From the NCBI RefSeq assembly GCF_009914755.1, contig NC_060943.1: DNA of 64,000 bases; one strand, given 5' to 3'. The position numbers and the translations under genes are program-made. The DNA comes from the human T2T-CHM13v2.0 reference genome, Homo sapiens. Below the pieces are notes generated by a model, which saw nothing but the letters and a program-made list of their open reading frames with translations, ran no database searches and was not told where the DNA came from. How positions within the stretch are numbered: position 1 is the first letter of the stretch; each line of letters begins with the position of its first letter. Shown piece after piece: positions 32,100-45,879 of this stretch.

Positions 32100-33420
32100 T
32101 TATGTTTTAATAGCAGAATTTCAACAGGCAAAAACTGACCAAACCAAAGGATAACAGTCAAATTACAATCACAATTGGAGATATTAACACTTCTTTCTCA
32201 CTTATTGTTAGAACAAGCAGGCAAAAAACAAGAGTGCAAAAGATTTATCTTGATTTAGTGGCATTTGCATAACACTATATCCAACATTATTTGAACACAC
32301 ATTCTTTTTCTAGTGAATATGGAATGTTCATGAGGGCAAACATACTGGGTCAAAAAATAAGTCTCAAGAAATTTCCAAAGATTGAACACATACAGTGTAT
32401 TTTCTCTGGCTACAATAAAATTAAATTAGTAATAAATAACTGAGATATCTAGAAAGTCTTCACATATTTAGAAATAAAGCAAAACGTACTTTTATATAAC
32501 CAATGGGTCAAAGAAGAAATAACAAGGAGCATTAGAAAGTATTTTGAACTGAATGGTGATTAAAACATGACAAATAAAAACCTGTGGAATGCAGTCAAAA
32601 CAGTGCCCAAGGTAATATTGCAACTTTCATGTTTATATTTAAAAATAAAAATATCTAAAAATAATGATTGAATTTTAAATCCTAAAATTAGACAAATAGA
32701 AAAATGGGCTAAATCCAAAGGAGAAATAAAGAAATAGCAATCGTAAGAGTAGAAATAAAAAGTATGTAATAGAGAAAATTAACAAAGCTCAATACAGATT
32801 TTTAAAAGAGATTAATAAAATTGATAAATGTCTGCCAAAATTGATCAAGAAATAAGGGAAAATTTAAATTACTAATACCAGAGAAAAAAGCAATGCCACA
32901 GATCTGGCAGACAATGAAAAGATAATAAGTGATTATCAACATCTTTCCAGGAGGGAACTTGTAGGTACAAATAATTTTCCTGGTGAATTATGTCAAACAT
33001 ATACAGAAAATATTTTACCAGTGCCACACAAACTCTCAGAAAATACAGAAGGAGGCAACTTTTCCTAATTCATTCTATGAGACTAGCATTACCATAACAC
33101 CAGAAAATAGTAATAAAAAAATGTACAGATTAATATCCCTCACAGACATAGATATGAAAACCTTTTAACACCACTTCAGGAAATCAAATCTAAACAAATA
33201 TAAAAGGTTGTTCTAGCATGTCCAAATGGAGTTTGTTCCTGGAATTCAAGGCTGGTTTCATATTTAAAATAAATCAATGTAATTTACCACACTAAGAGAA
33301 TAAAGAAGAAAAGCCATGTAAGTATCTCAAAGAGGTGGGAAAAGTGATTGACAAGATTTAATTGCTTTTCAAAAAACAATATCTCAGCAAAAGTAGGAAT
33401 TGAAGGAAATTTCTTTTGTC
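32100..33420 (+). mobile_element. Old L1 ORF2 fragment (upstream part of cassette A)
   Basis: Decayed ORF2 (FPNSFYETSITITP, RLISLTDID). Homologous pieces at ~48900-50350 (+) and ~62900-63400 (-). Confidence 0.8.
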
Positions 33421-35014
33421 TCAAGACAAAAGCAGAGCTATGAAGTAATCATAAGGAATTATGCCTTGAGACACACAGCTTTTGTACTAGAGTGGATCCT
33501 GCACCCAACTGATGAGCAGCTTGTGTTCTTGCATCTGGGAACAGATAGGTTATAGACAGCTGTGTGGTTTGCTGCAAGGCTCAGTGAGAAGACAAATGCC
33601 TGATGGGGTTCTGCTGACAATTGTTGATCTCCGTCCCACATCTTTTAAGGAGACTGGAGCCCAGTGTGGCCTGTGGGTCCCTTATGAGTTGAACCTTTAG
33701 ACCTCCCAGTAGGCAGTGGCTGTACTTATTACAGATGTGCATGGTGCTAAGTACTCTGAGAACTACAAAAATGATCATACTTGATGCACATATGATGGGG
33801 AGGCACCACAGTCAGGTGGTTAATGCATGAGCTCTGGAATCAGACAGAATGGGTTCAAATCCTGGCTTCTCCACTACCTTATGACTGACCTGAGAAAGGT
33901 TCTAAAGTTGCAAAAGGAAGTGAAACCAAATTTGCCAAAGGAAGTTAAGAGAAACCTGTCTGCCAGGAAGAGATATTGTGGAGTGTGGCATCTGGGCAGG
34001 AGGGCACTCTGCCCCCACCTCAGAACACTTTGTATCCCAGGTGATGCTGGGGACTCAGGCCTTTCCAAGGTGGCCATAAAGAAGGCTCATTTTGCTTCAG
34101 GATTTGGACAGGTGATAGACAGATCCTGTTTTGTTTGTTTGTTTGTTTGTTTTAAAGGTATCCCCAGACTATATCTACCAGCATGGAGGTGGGGTAGGGT
34201 ACAGAAGCAAACAGATGTCCTCTGTGGTGGCTGCCTAAAAGGAAGAGGCTAGGGTAAGTTTAGCACATGCCCTGTTGCTGCCATCCTGAGCCTCCTGAGT
34301 GCCTCAGTATCTGCAAGACTGAGCAAAACCCTGTTTCTTCCCATCCTTGACTCTCTTACTCTGACCTCCAGTGAGCTGGGCCCTCACTCTGGCACAATCC
34401 AGGTTGCTCCAGCCCTCTGACTTTGAGCAGATTCTGCCCTCACGTGACTCACAGAGAAAGGGCTAGTGGATTCCCAGGCACTGGTTGCTGAAGCTGCCTC
34501 TCCAGGCCAGGAGTTGAGAAGCCTGCAGTCCTGGTGCCCTGGTGGAGCCAGCTCTGCTGGAACTAAGTACCCACAGTCCTGAACAGTTCCCACGTAGCAT
34601 GGGGCCCCATCCAGTGGCAAACATCTGCAACTAGCAGGTGGAAGTTCCAAAGGAACAGCCAGAAAGTCTCACTGGGGAAAGGCCCCTGGGTTTCCACCTT
34701 TGCCCTGTGGTGACTTTCCTTCACATCCTTTGCAGTGCACCCTCTGTCATGTAGCCCAGGGAGGCATCACAAATATCAGGATGAAGAGTGCATGGTTTGC
34801 CTTGGAAGATTAGGTAGCTAGGAAGCATCTCCAAACTGCATTCTACATCCTCAGTATCAGATAGGTATGCCCTGCTTTTCAAGGGCAATGCTTTTAGGAA
34901 GCTTCTCCCCCAGCCTCACTGAATGCCAGTCCCCTGACTATCACCCCACTGGTTCATCCAGACCACTGTGCTCCTCCCTCACTTCTACAGATACCTCAGT
35001 CTTCACTGACTAAC

Positions 35015-35385
35015 TGATATGGTTTGGCTCTATGTCCCCACCCAAATCTCATTTTGAATTGTAATCTGAATTGTAATTCCCATGTGTGGAGGGAGGGACT
35101 TGGTGGGAGGTGACTGGATTGTAGGGGTGGTCTCCCCCATGCTGTTCTCATGATAGTGAGGGAATTCTCATGAGATCTGACGGTTTATAAGTGGCAGTTT
35201 CCTCTGCACTCTCTCCTGCCACCAAGTACGACATGCCTTGCTTCCCCTTTGCCTTCTGCCATGATTGTAAGTTTCCTGTGGCCTCCCAGCCATGTGGAAC
35301 TGTGAGTTAATTAAACCTCTTTTGTTTATAAATTACCCAGCCCCACATAGTTCTTCATAGCAGTGTGAAAACAGATGAATATATC
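35015..35385 (+). mobile_element. MaLR LTR (MSTA/THE1D-like) inserted in POM121-like copy A
   Basis: TGATATGGTTTGGCTCTATGTCCCCACCCAAATCTC...ATAAATTACCCAG. Confidence 0.9.
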
Positions 35386-36449
35386 AACCCATCATTAACT
35401 GGCCAACCTTATCACTTCCACTGCCCAGTCAGCCCATCTGCAGACTTGACCTCCCAGCCTGCTTTGAACCTTTGAGATGACCGACATGGACACTACTATT
35501 CCCTGGGTCTCATCTCCTGGTCCCCCCAGGACCCAGGGTTAGCCTGGAAGACTCAAGCTCTGGGCTAGGTTTCCTCTGGTCTTGGAACTCCCATTTGACT
35601 GGCTCATTGCAGTGTGGAGTGGACAGCCCCCTGCAAAAGGCAGTCCCCACTAACCCACCTATGTTTATGGTAAACAGCCCTACCCCACTTTGAACCTTTC
35701 CTTTAGCCCAGAAGCCACCTCTCAGTCACATTTGGAGCTCCTAAAGGGCAGCAGCAAAGAGTCAGTCTTCTAGGATACCTGTCTGCACCATCATACTTAT
35801 CACTACTTCAGCAATTGTCTGTTTTCTAGTAGCTAGGACCTTGACCAACTGGGCAGCCAAGTCTGCCTTTAACTCTGATGAAATCAATATGGTTACCATG
35901 TCCTCTTTCTAGCCTCCCCCTGGCAGGATCCCCCAATGTATTTGATAGCATTTACCCTTTGAGAAACGTAAAATCTCAATACAAGCTCTAAACTGAGCCT
36001 TTACTGCAGCCCAGACACCCAATGGGAGCATAATGCCATCAGATTTTGCGTACGTGTTACCTCCATATCCATCTTTGATATCTCTGCTAGCACCCACTCA
36101 GCCTTGGGTGGCACCTCGGGTCCTTTTCCCATTTGCACAGCCACTACTTCTAGCTCTGGAGCCATCACTGGATGCTCAGCATCAGGCACAGTTCACCTTT
36201 TGCTAACCCCTCTCTCGACCCATTTCCATTCATGGACTCCGGGGCTTCTTTGGATAATGACAGCTCTAGGACCAGTGTGTCTGCCCCAGACCCAGCTCCA
36301 CATCTGAAGCACTCAGCTTTAGAACAGGGCCTAGAGGGGCATGCAGCACCTTAGTTTATGTTGGGGAGGCTTACACATGAGCACCGGGGTTCCTGCAAGC
36401 CTACAGCACCTCTGGTACAGTTGGAGAGGGCAGTACTACTGAAAGCAAA

Positions 36450-37640
36450 AACTCCTGGGAAACACTTTCCTCCCTGCCTACAGTCAGAGCAGCTGGGGCC
36501 TGTCCTGCCAAAGCACACCTCTTAGAACATCACTGAGAAGAAACATGTTCCAGAAGGCACCTCTGTTCCTTCTTGTGTTCATAACACCTGGAAACCATCT
36601 GGCCAAAGCACGTCTGTTGTGGTTGGAGGAGCCCGCACATACCAGTGCTTGGGACACTTCTGTCTTGCAGACAGACCACCTGGAATGCAGCTGGCCAGAG
36701 CACATCTGCATCCCTCAAAGGGAAGGAGAAAGCAGCACATCTATGCTTGGAGGCCTTTATGTTTCCACCACAAGCAGAGCACCCTGTTGCACCTTTCCAA
36801 GCACCTATGTTGCAGTAGCAGGGGACAACACACTACCTGTGACTGCAAGTCTTCTCTTCTTGTGTCTGGTCAGAGCGCTTGGGGCCCATATGGCCTGGGC
36901 AAACCTGTTACTGCTGGAGAAGCCTGCACAACAGAGAAGAAACATGTGCCCCAAGATACTTCTGTTCATGACTTCTGTCAAACGCCTTTGGACCACTCAG
37001 CTTGAGCACATCTGTTTCTGTTGGAGGGGCTGGTGCCATATCTGTGACTGAAGAAACTACTGTTTATGAATACAATCAGAGCATGTGAGGGCCATAAGTC
37101 CAGAGTATAGGCAGTGCAATGCCTGCAATGGGAGGAGATGGCACCATACCTGTAATGGGAGGAGATGGCACCATATATGGGTTTGTTTGGGGGGGACACT
37201 TCTGTTCATGAACACAGCCAGAACACCTGGGGTCCACAAGTCCTGAATTCAGGTGTACAATGGGAGGAAACAGCACCCCACCTGTGCCTGCAGAAACTTC
37301 TGTCCATGAATAGTCAGAGAGCCTGAGGTCCACAAGTCCAGATTAAAGATGGTGCAATGGCAGGACACAGTCCCACACCTATGCTTACTCGCGAATACAG
37401 CCAGAGTGCCTGGGTTCCACAAGTGAGGATTCAGATGGCAAGTAGAGGGTACAGTACCATTCAAGTGTTTGGGTACCCTTCTCACCATCATTCAGAGCAA
37501 CTGGGACACTGGTGGCTGGAGCACACTTGTTGCAGTCAGATGGGAGAACATGTTGAAGAAGATACTTCCATTCTCACCTTCAATCAGAACACCAGGGGCC
37601 TAAGCCAGGGTACCTTCCCTCTTTCATTTTGGAGAAAACA
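36450..37640 (+). repeat. Degenerate ~98-bp tandem repeat array (~10-12 units) inside copy A
   Basis: Recurring D/E-T-S-V-type anchors at 36556, 36653, 36955, 37053, 37195, 37293, 37561, plus recurring Q-S/N-x-W-G-P motifs. Confidence 0.8.
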
Positions 37641-38984
37641 ACATCACTGAGAAAATATCTGTGCTTCAGGACCTTTTCCACCTGCTTTTGATCAGGTCAA
37701 ATGTGCTTCTGTGGTGGGCACGGCAAGCACAGCCTCGTCTTTGGGGCACCCTCGGCACCTGCACAGGGATTCTTTGGGGACAGAAGCATGCAGCATCACC
37801 CTATTTGTTTTCTTCTCATGTAAGACTTAGGGTCCTCAGTGACCAAAAGCAAAAGCTTCCTCTAGAAATGGCAGGTGACCACTGTTCCCCATGATTTGAT
37901 CTTGTTCTGCTGGGAGCAGTTTCTGCTCCTTCTAGTTACGGCAAACAAGCTTCACCTGCCCTTTGTCCTTCTAGCACAAACTGGAAGCCCAAGACCCTGG
38001 GGTGTTTGTGAATGTGTCCAAGGACTTGGGTTCAGATGAGCCAAGTCAGAAGTCGACACACTAGCCTAAGATGTTCACCTGTGGAGAGAAGAGAGAGATG
38101 GGTGAGTATCAGCCGTGCAACACTACACTCTAGTTTCAGTGTTATCCTGGAAGACCTAAGCTTTGGGGGGGTTTCCTCCTGTCTTGGAACTGTCAGGACA
38201 CCCACTGCTATCTATGTCTGCCATGTTTCCTCTGCTCATGTGTTTTTGCTCTAACTCAATGATGGAGAAAATACTGACTTGTATAAGCCATGATTGTTGA
38301 GCCAGGCTTAACTGTGCAAAGTTTCTGTGGCCCAGGGCCCAGGATCTAGAACATGGAGTTTAAATGTCTTTTTTGCTTGTTTAATTTAGTTGTATGCCAG
38401 TAATTCACACACATTCACAATTTTTTTTTTGGCTGCAGGGGGTTGTGGGGGAGAGATGGGGATCTCATCATGTTGCCCAGCCTGGTCTCAAACTTGGCTC
38501 AAGTGGTCCTCCCGCCTTGGCCTCCCAAAGAGTTGGGATAACAGGTGTGAGCCACCACGTCCAGCAACATTCACACTTTCACCTATGGATGATTGGCTTG
38601 GCAATCAGGCTTTTGGGCCTGGAGGAAAAAAGGAAGAAAGAACTCACGCATGACTGCTCCGTAATTTAAAAAAAATTTAAGTCTGTTAGGATGTAATAGA
38701 TTACATAGATATTGGTATCATGTTGCTTTGACACATTACAAATGATTATCTTTTAAGGTAAATAGCAGGATAGGTTCTATTTGGAAAAATAACTGGTCTA
38801 TCTCGAGTCCTAACCACAAAAATATCGTCACAAGATTTATAATTTCACACAGACTTGGCTGACCTTGGAGTTGTACTGTGCTGAAAATACAATCTTTTTA
38901 AAGTATTTTACAACCCATGAAGGTATCTTAAGATGGTGGAAAGAAAAATAAAGTACAAGCATTTCCTTCAGCTGCTTACAGATT

Positions 38985-39378
38985 ACAGTTGTCCCTTGAA
39001 CAATGCGTGGGGGTAAGGGGTGCTGCTTCCCCCACGCAGTCCAAAATGTCTGCATGACTTGTGACTTCCCCAAAACTTAACCACTAGTAGCCTACTGTTG
39101 ACTGGAGGCCTCACTGATAACATGAACAGTTAACACATTCTGTATGTTATATGTATTATATACAGCATACTTACAATAAGCTAGAGAAAAGAAAATGGAT
39201 GAGTGGATCATCATAAAGGTTTCATCCTTGTCATTTTCATGTTGAGTAGGCTGAGGAGGAGGAGGAGGATGAAAAGGAGGGGTTGGTCTTGCTGTCTCAG
39301 GAGAGGCCGCAGTGGAAGAAAATCCACATGTAAGTGGATCTGTGCAGTTCAGACCTGTGTTGTTCAAGAGTCAATGTA
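38985..39378. mobile_element. Tigger2a-like TcMar DNA transposon
   Basis: TIRs CAGTTGTCCCTTGAACAA...TTGTTCAAGAGTCAATG flanked by TA. Confidence 0.8.
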
Positions 39379-40479
39379 TTATATTAAACAGTGCTAGGTC
39401 TTGGTGATATAGAATTCAAAGATTTATCTCTTGCAGCCCAGCAATTTACAGTATAGCAGAGAGAGACAGATAGATAAACCAAATATTACACCTGGAAAGA
39501 TAGTGGTGGCGATACGGGAGTAGGTAAGAAGGACATAAAACTAGGTGTGAGAGAGATGGAAAAAATAAAAAATAATAAAAAAAAGAAGAAGGAAGAAGTG
39601 TCCAGGCAGAGAAAGGCTATTTGGGGGTCAAAGAAATAGCATGCTAAAAGTCAGGGAAGACTAATCTGTGTAACAAACCTGCACATGTATCCTGGAACTT
39701 TAAATTCAATTAAATTAAATTAAAAGTCAAGGAAGAAAGAGATCATGACCCTGTGGGACACCAGGCAAGTAATCAAATGTGGTTGGAGAGTGAAACCCAA
39801 GCTGGGAGATGTGGCTGCTGTGTTCAGCAAGTGCAGATCATGGACAAACAGACATACCATCAGGGGGCATTTGTCCATTATCCACAAAGTATGAGGAATC
39901 GTGAAAGGATAAGCAAAGAAGTTACATGATATATGTAGATTTTAGAAACACTCTATGCCTCCCTGAAAGGAAGAATTAAATAGATGCCAGAATAGAAGCA
40001 GATAGGCTTAGGAAATTTTTTTGCAGTGATCCAATGCAAAAATGAGCCACTGAGCTCCCAGTCTAGAGGAACTGACAGTGGGATGGTTGAAGAGGTAAGG
40101 GAAGAGGCAAGGGGAAGTAGGCGATGCCAACAAGACCAGGGCTATTTTAGCCATCTGGTTTAGATAAACGGACATGAGTTGTTTTGGAAAACATACATTA
40201 AGTTAACTTTCTAATAGTCTGACATGGCTATGGAAGACGTAGGTGATATTCATAAAGCCATTCATTTACCCATTTAGTCATCAGTTGGGCATATATATTA
40301 TTATTTGAGACAAAATGAGTAGTCTAAGGAATACTTTAGGTAATAGCATCAATTTTTTAAAAACAAGGATAAAAATCTTATGAAACCTAATTCTAGTTGG
40401 AGAAAATAAAATAAACAACAAATGTAATAAATTAGTAAATTATTTGATAGGTTCCAGTAACAACTGCAGGGAGACGAAG

Positions 40480-41130
40480 GGCAGCCAACGTAGGATTGAG
40501 TTTAGGGCTAGAGAGAAGTGTGAGTTTCTATTTAAATAGACTGGAAATGGTAAACCTCATTGGGAAGGTGGAATCTGAGCAAAGTCTAGAAGGCAACAAT
40601 TAAGCAAACCACACAGTTATCTGAGGGAAAGGCATTCCAATTAGTTGGACTAGCCACTGTAAAGGCTCAGAGGAAGGATGTCTCTTGCCCGCAGGGAGCA
40701 GTGAGCAACTCAATAGGGGACCAGGATGAAGTTGGCACTTTGCAGAGTGGGAAGAAGGGGGAATAGAGATGGAGAGGGATGAAGAGACTAAGTGGGGCCT
40801 TGGAGGATGTGATAAGAACATTGCCTTTTACTCACAGATGGAAATCATGGAGGGTTTGGAGCAAAGGATGACGTGATCTGACTGAGGCTTAATAGGATCA
40901 TTCTGGTTTCTGGGGATGAGAGACCATTTAGGTGGCTATGGTCATAATCATGAAAGCTTGGACACAGTGGTGGTGGTGCAGGTGATGAGAAGTAAAATTT
41001 GTAGATATTTTGAAGCATTTTCTGTTGGCCTGAATGGCAGGAGTATGTGTGGAAAAGGAAGAAGGAATCCATAGACTTGCTATTTGAGTTTAGAAAAGGT
41101 TTTGGCCTCATCAAGGTATACTCGGTCACT
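40480..41130 (+). mobile_element. L2 LINE fragment
   Basis: L2 motifs (CTGAGCAAAG, GGAGGGTTTGGAGCA, AGGATCATTCTGG, GTTTTTGGCCT). Confidence 0.65.
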
Positions 41131-41199
41131 GGGCGTGTGAAAAAAGATGGCCGAGGGAGAATTCCTAGAAGGGGAAAATAGGGAGGGAGGACATGGGAG

Positions 41200-44100
41200 G
41201 ATAACAGACTCCTAAATACATGTGGTTGAGTTCATTGGTTGTGCATATGGAAATTACCCCTACCTCAAACCATCACACAAATGATGAATTTAAGATATCA
41301 GATAACAAAAAACATGAAAAAAACTAAATCCAGGTACATCATAATCAAACTGCTTAGTCTCTAGGAGAAAATCAAAAGACATCCCAAGAAAAAGCACACA
41401 TTATGTGTTCCAGTAGAACACATGCATTGTTCTAATGAGAAACAAAGAAAAAGTAAGATGTAGCTACAGACGAATGAACAAAACTTGAATATATTATTTT
41501 CAAAAGTTCCCCCGAAACAGAATATGGCACACCTCTCATTGGAAATACACAAGCTAGAACTCAATGAGTTAGCATTTTTTAAAACTCGAAAGAAAAAAAT
41601 ACTGTGAACCTATACCCTGTGAACCTGCCAGAATGTGGAGACACAGGTGCTAAAACTACACCCAGTGAAACTCTTTTAAAAGTGAAGGTACACACACACA
41701 CACACACAACTCAACCTTTTTATACACGTAAATGCTTATCGCTAGCATACCTTTCATTAAAAAAAAAAAACTAAAGGAAGTCCGGGCAAGATAAAAATAG
41801 TGCAAGTTAGAAATCTGGATCTACACAAGCGAATGAGTAGCAATGGAAAAAGTAAATATAAAAATATATGCATATACATACATATGTGTTTGTATGGGGG
41901 TGTTTGTGTGTGCATGTCAAACACTTTCTGTAAAAGTAAAATGTATGGCACAATGGCACAAATGATAAGAGAGAAATGGAAGTGTACTGTTCTTATTGTA
42001 TAGTTCTTATACTATATGTGAAACAATATAATATTACTTGGAGGTAGACTATATATGTTACTCTATATAGTTTATACTATAGTATGTAGTATATCCTATA
42101 TAATATAAAGAATCACTTTAAAAACACTTAAGAATTATATTTAGTAGGTAAACAAAAGAGATAAAATGGAATCATGAAAATAATCCAAAAGAAGGTATAC
42201 AAAGAGGAAAAAGAAACAAAGACCAGATGGAACAAACAGGAAGCAACAGCAAAATTGTCAGTGTAAACACAACGACATCTAACCATATTAAATTTAATTG
42301 TCTAAATGTATGATTTTAAAGGCAGAGATTGTTAGATTGGATTAAAAATACAAAACTATATGCTATGTATAAAAAAAACACTTGAGGCTGGGAGCAGTGG
42401 CTCATGCCTGTAATCCCAGCACTTTGGGAGGCCGAGGCGGGCGGATCATGAGGCCAGGAGATAGAGACCATCCTGGCTAACACGGTGAAACCCCGTCTCT
42501 ACTAAAAATACAAAAAGTTAGCTGGGCATGGTGGTGGGTGACTGTAGTCCCAGCTACTTGGGAGGCTGAGGCAGCAGAATGGCGTGAACCTGGGAGGCGG
42601 AGCTTGCATGAGCCGAGATCGCACCACTGCTCTCCAACCTGGGCGACAGAGCAAGACTCCGTCTCAAAACAAAAGCAAAAACAAAACAAAACAAAACAAA
42701 ACAAACAAACAAAAAAGACTTGAAACACAAAAACGAATATAACTGAAAGGATAAGGATGGAATAACACCAATGTAAAGAAATCTGGAATAGTTATATCAA
42801 ATGGAGTAGATTTCAGACAAAGAATGTGATAAGGAATAAAAAGAGTTATTTGATAATGATAAAAGGATTAATTCAACAATAGGTCATAACAATGCTAAAT
42901 GTTTTTGCACCCAGTACTAGAGCTTCACATTATATGAAACAAGGCTGATAAAACTCAAAAGAGAAGTAGCATATGAGTCAAAGAAATCTCAAGAAAAATT
43001 TAAAAAATATTTTGAATGAAATTAAAGTGAAAACTCAACTTAGCAAAATTTGTGGCACACAGAGCATATAGTTCTTAGAAGGAAATTTATAGAAATGGAT
43101 GCATATATTAGAACAGAAGAAATCTAAAATCAATCTCAACCCTTACCTTAGGAAACTACAAAAAGAAGAGCAATTTAGGTCCAAAGTAAGTGAAATGAAA
43201 AATAATTAGAGCAGAAATCAGTGAAATCGAAAACAGGAAAACGATAGAAAAAAATCAATAAAACCAAAATTGACTCTGAAAATATCAATAAAACTGATAA
43301 ATGTCTAAATAAAATAACCAAGAAAAGGTAGAGAAGACACAAAAAGGAGTATCACTATTGAGTCACAGATATTAAAAGCATAACAAAAATATTAGAATGC
43401 CACAAATTTGATAACGTAGATTAAATGGCCAATTCCTTGAAAGACACAGTCTGCCAAAAGGATAGAGAATAGAAATAAGCCTGTATCTATCAAAGTAATT
43501 GAATCAACAATCAATAACCTTCCAAAACAGAAAGCACTAGGCCCTGGTGCTTTTACTGGTGAATTCTAAATATTTGAGAAAGAAATTAAGTTCTTTACAA
43601 GCAGCTCTAGAAAACCGAGGCAGAGGAAAAACTTCCTAACTCATTCTATGAGAACAGCATTATCCTAGTACCAAAATCAGACAAATCCATTGCAGAAAGG
43701 AAAACTACAGATCAATATCTTTCATGAATATAAATGGAAAAAGCCTCAATAAAATATTAACAAATCAAAACAAAAAATGTATAAAAAGAATTATACATTA
43801 TGACCAAGTGGAATTTATTCCAGGTATGCAAGTCTGATTCAACATTTGAAAATCAATTAATGCAATCTATCATATCAACAGGCTAAAGAAAAAAAGTATA
43901 TAATCATATCAATAGATGCAGAAAAAGCATTGGAGAAAAATCCAACACCTATTTGTGATAAAAAGCTTTCAGCAAACTAAGAATTAAGAGTAGAATATTC
44001 TCAACTTGATAAAACATCTACCAAAAAAACCTACATTATATTTAACGGTGATAAACTAGGTGCTTTTCTTCTAATACTGGGAACAAGGCAAGGACTTCTA

Positions 44101-45615
44101 CTCAACATGGTAATGAAGCAAGATAAGCAAAGGACGGAAAATATATACAGACTGGGAAGGAGAAATAAAACTGTCATTTTTGGCAGATACATAATTGTCT
44201 ATATAGAAAACCCCTAAGAATCAATAACAACAACAAATGACCTCTAACAACTAATAAGTGATTATAGTAAGGTTGCAGGATACAAGATTAATACACAAAA
44301 GACAAGTGTTTTCTTATGTAGTAGAAATGAATAATTGGAATTTCAAGTTAAAAACACATAATACCTATAATACCATTTACATTAGCTCCTCCAAATATGA
44401 AATATGTAGGTATAAATCTAACAAAATATGCACAAGATTTATATGAGGAGAATTGTAAAACTCTGATGAAAGAGATAAAAAATCTAATCAAACGGAAAGA
44501 TATTCCATGTTCATTTTTAGAAAGACTCAATATTGTTGAGATGTGATTTATTCTCAAATTTACTGTATTTCAACAAAATCCCAATAGAAATACCAGCAAG
44601 TTACTTTGTGGATATTAACAAACTGATTCTAAAGTTCATATGGAGAGTCCAAAGGACCAGAATATCCAGCGCAGTATTAAAGAACAAAGCATATTGACAC
44701 TACCCAACTTCAAGACTTACTATAAGGCTACAGTAGTCAAGACAGTGTGGTATTGAAGAAAAAGCAGATAAATTCATTAATGGAACAGAATAAAGAGCCC
44801 AGAAATAGACCATACAAATATAGTTAACTGATATTTGACCAAGGAGCACAGGCAATTCAATGGAGAAATGATAGCTTTTTCAACAAATGGTGCTGGAACA
44901 ACTGGACTTACACATGTAAAAAGTTTAACTTGGACACTGACCTTACAACTTTCACAAAAATTAACTCAAAATCTACCATAAACCCAGATGTAAAAATTAT
45001 AAAACTTTTAGAAGATAACAGGAGAAAAATCTAAGCGATCTAGGGTTTGGCAATAACTTTTTAGATACAACACAAAAAGCTTGATCCATGAAAGAAAAAA
45101 AAAGATAAATTGGACCTCATTAATATTAAAAACTACTGCTCGGTAAAGACTATTAAGAGAATGAAAAAATGAGCCACTGACTAGGAGAAAATTATTTGTA
45201 AAACACATCTCTGATAAAGGACTGGTAATTGAAATATAAAAAGACCTCTTAAAATTCAATAGTAAGAAAACGAACAATCAATTAAAAAGTGGCCAAAATC
45301 TGAACAGACACCTCAACAACAAAAATATACAGATGACAAATAAGATATGAAAATATGCTTAACATCCTGTGCTTAGGTAAGAGCAAATTAAAATAATGAG
45401 ACACCACTACTTACGTATTAGAATGGCTAAAATCCAAAACACTGACAACACCAAATGCTGGTAAGGATGTAGAGAAATGGTATATCCACTTGGAAGACAC
45501 TTTGGTGGTTTCTTACAAAACTAATCATACTCTTACCATATGATTCAGCTATTGTGCTCCTAAGTATTTACCCAAATGAGTTGATATCTATGTCCACATA
45601 AAAACTTGTACAAAA
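41200..45615 (+). mobile_element. Old L1 (L1MB/MC) with nested AluY (~42386-42715); resumes at 48220-48870
   Basis: Decayed ORF2 motifs (CTCATTCTATGAG, ATAGATGCAGAAAAAGCA, CAAGACAGTGTGGTATTG, AACAAATGGTGCTGG). The 3'UTR continues after the retrocopy. Confidence 0.9.
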
Positions 45616-45616
45616 T

Positions 45617-45877
45617 GGCTGGGTGCAGTGGCTCATGCCTGTGATGGCTTGAGCCTAGACGCTCGAGAACGGCCTACCGCAACATAGCCAGACCTTTACC
45701 TCTACAAAAATTAAAAAATTGGCTGGGCATGGTGGCATGTGCCTGTAGTCCCAGCTACTTGGCAGGCTGAGGCAGAAGGATCGCTTGAGCCCAGGAGTTC
45801 AAGGGTGCAGGGAGCTGTGATTGTGCTACTGCACTCCAGCCTGGGTGACAGAGCAAGACCTGGTCTTAAGAAAAAAA
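45617..45877 (+). mobile_element. Alu (AluJ-like, internally deleted left arm)
   Basis: GGCTGGGTGCAGTGGCTCATGCCTGT...GGATCGCTTGAGCCCAGG...short A tail. Confidence 0.85.
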
Positions 45878-45879
45878 TG

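Larger units (their letters stand above)
34200..37900 (+). pseudogene. POM121/POM121L2-like intronless pseudogene, copy A (central domain apparently deleted, C-terminal segment tandemly amplified)
   Basis: EMTDMDTTIP at ~35475 (POM121L2-type DMDTT). Frame-corrected 37600-37780 reads SQGTFPL..NNITEKISV..VVGTAS..LVFGAPSAPAQGFFG, versus the recalled POM121 tail [42 protein letters not shown]. The 5' part aligns by eye with copies B and C. Many stops and frameshifts. Confidence 0.8.

Noticed and set aside
36450-37640. Repeat array as CRISPR-like or mucin exon
   Set aside because: Eukaryotic context; units are degenerate along their whole length with no repeat-spacer structure, and they grade into a POM121 tail.
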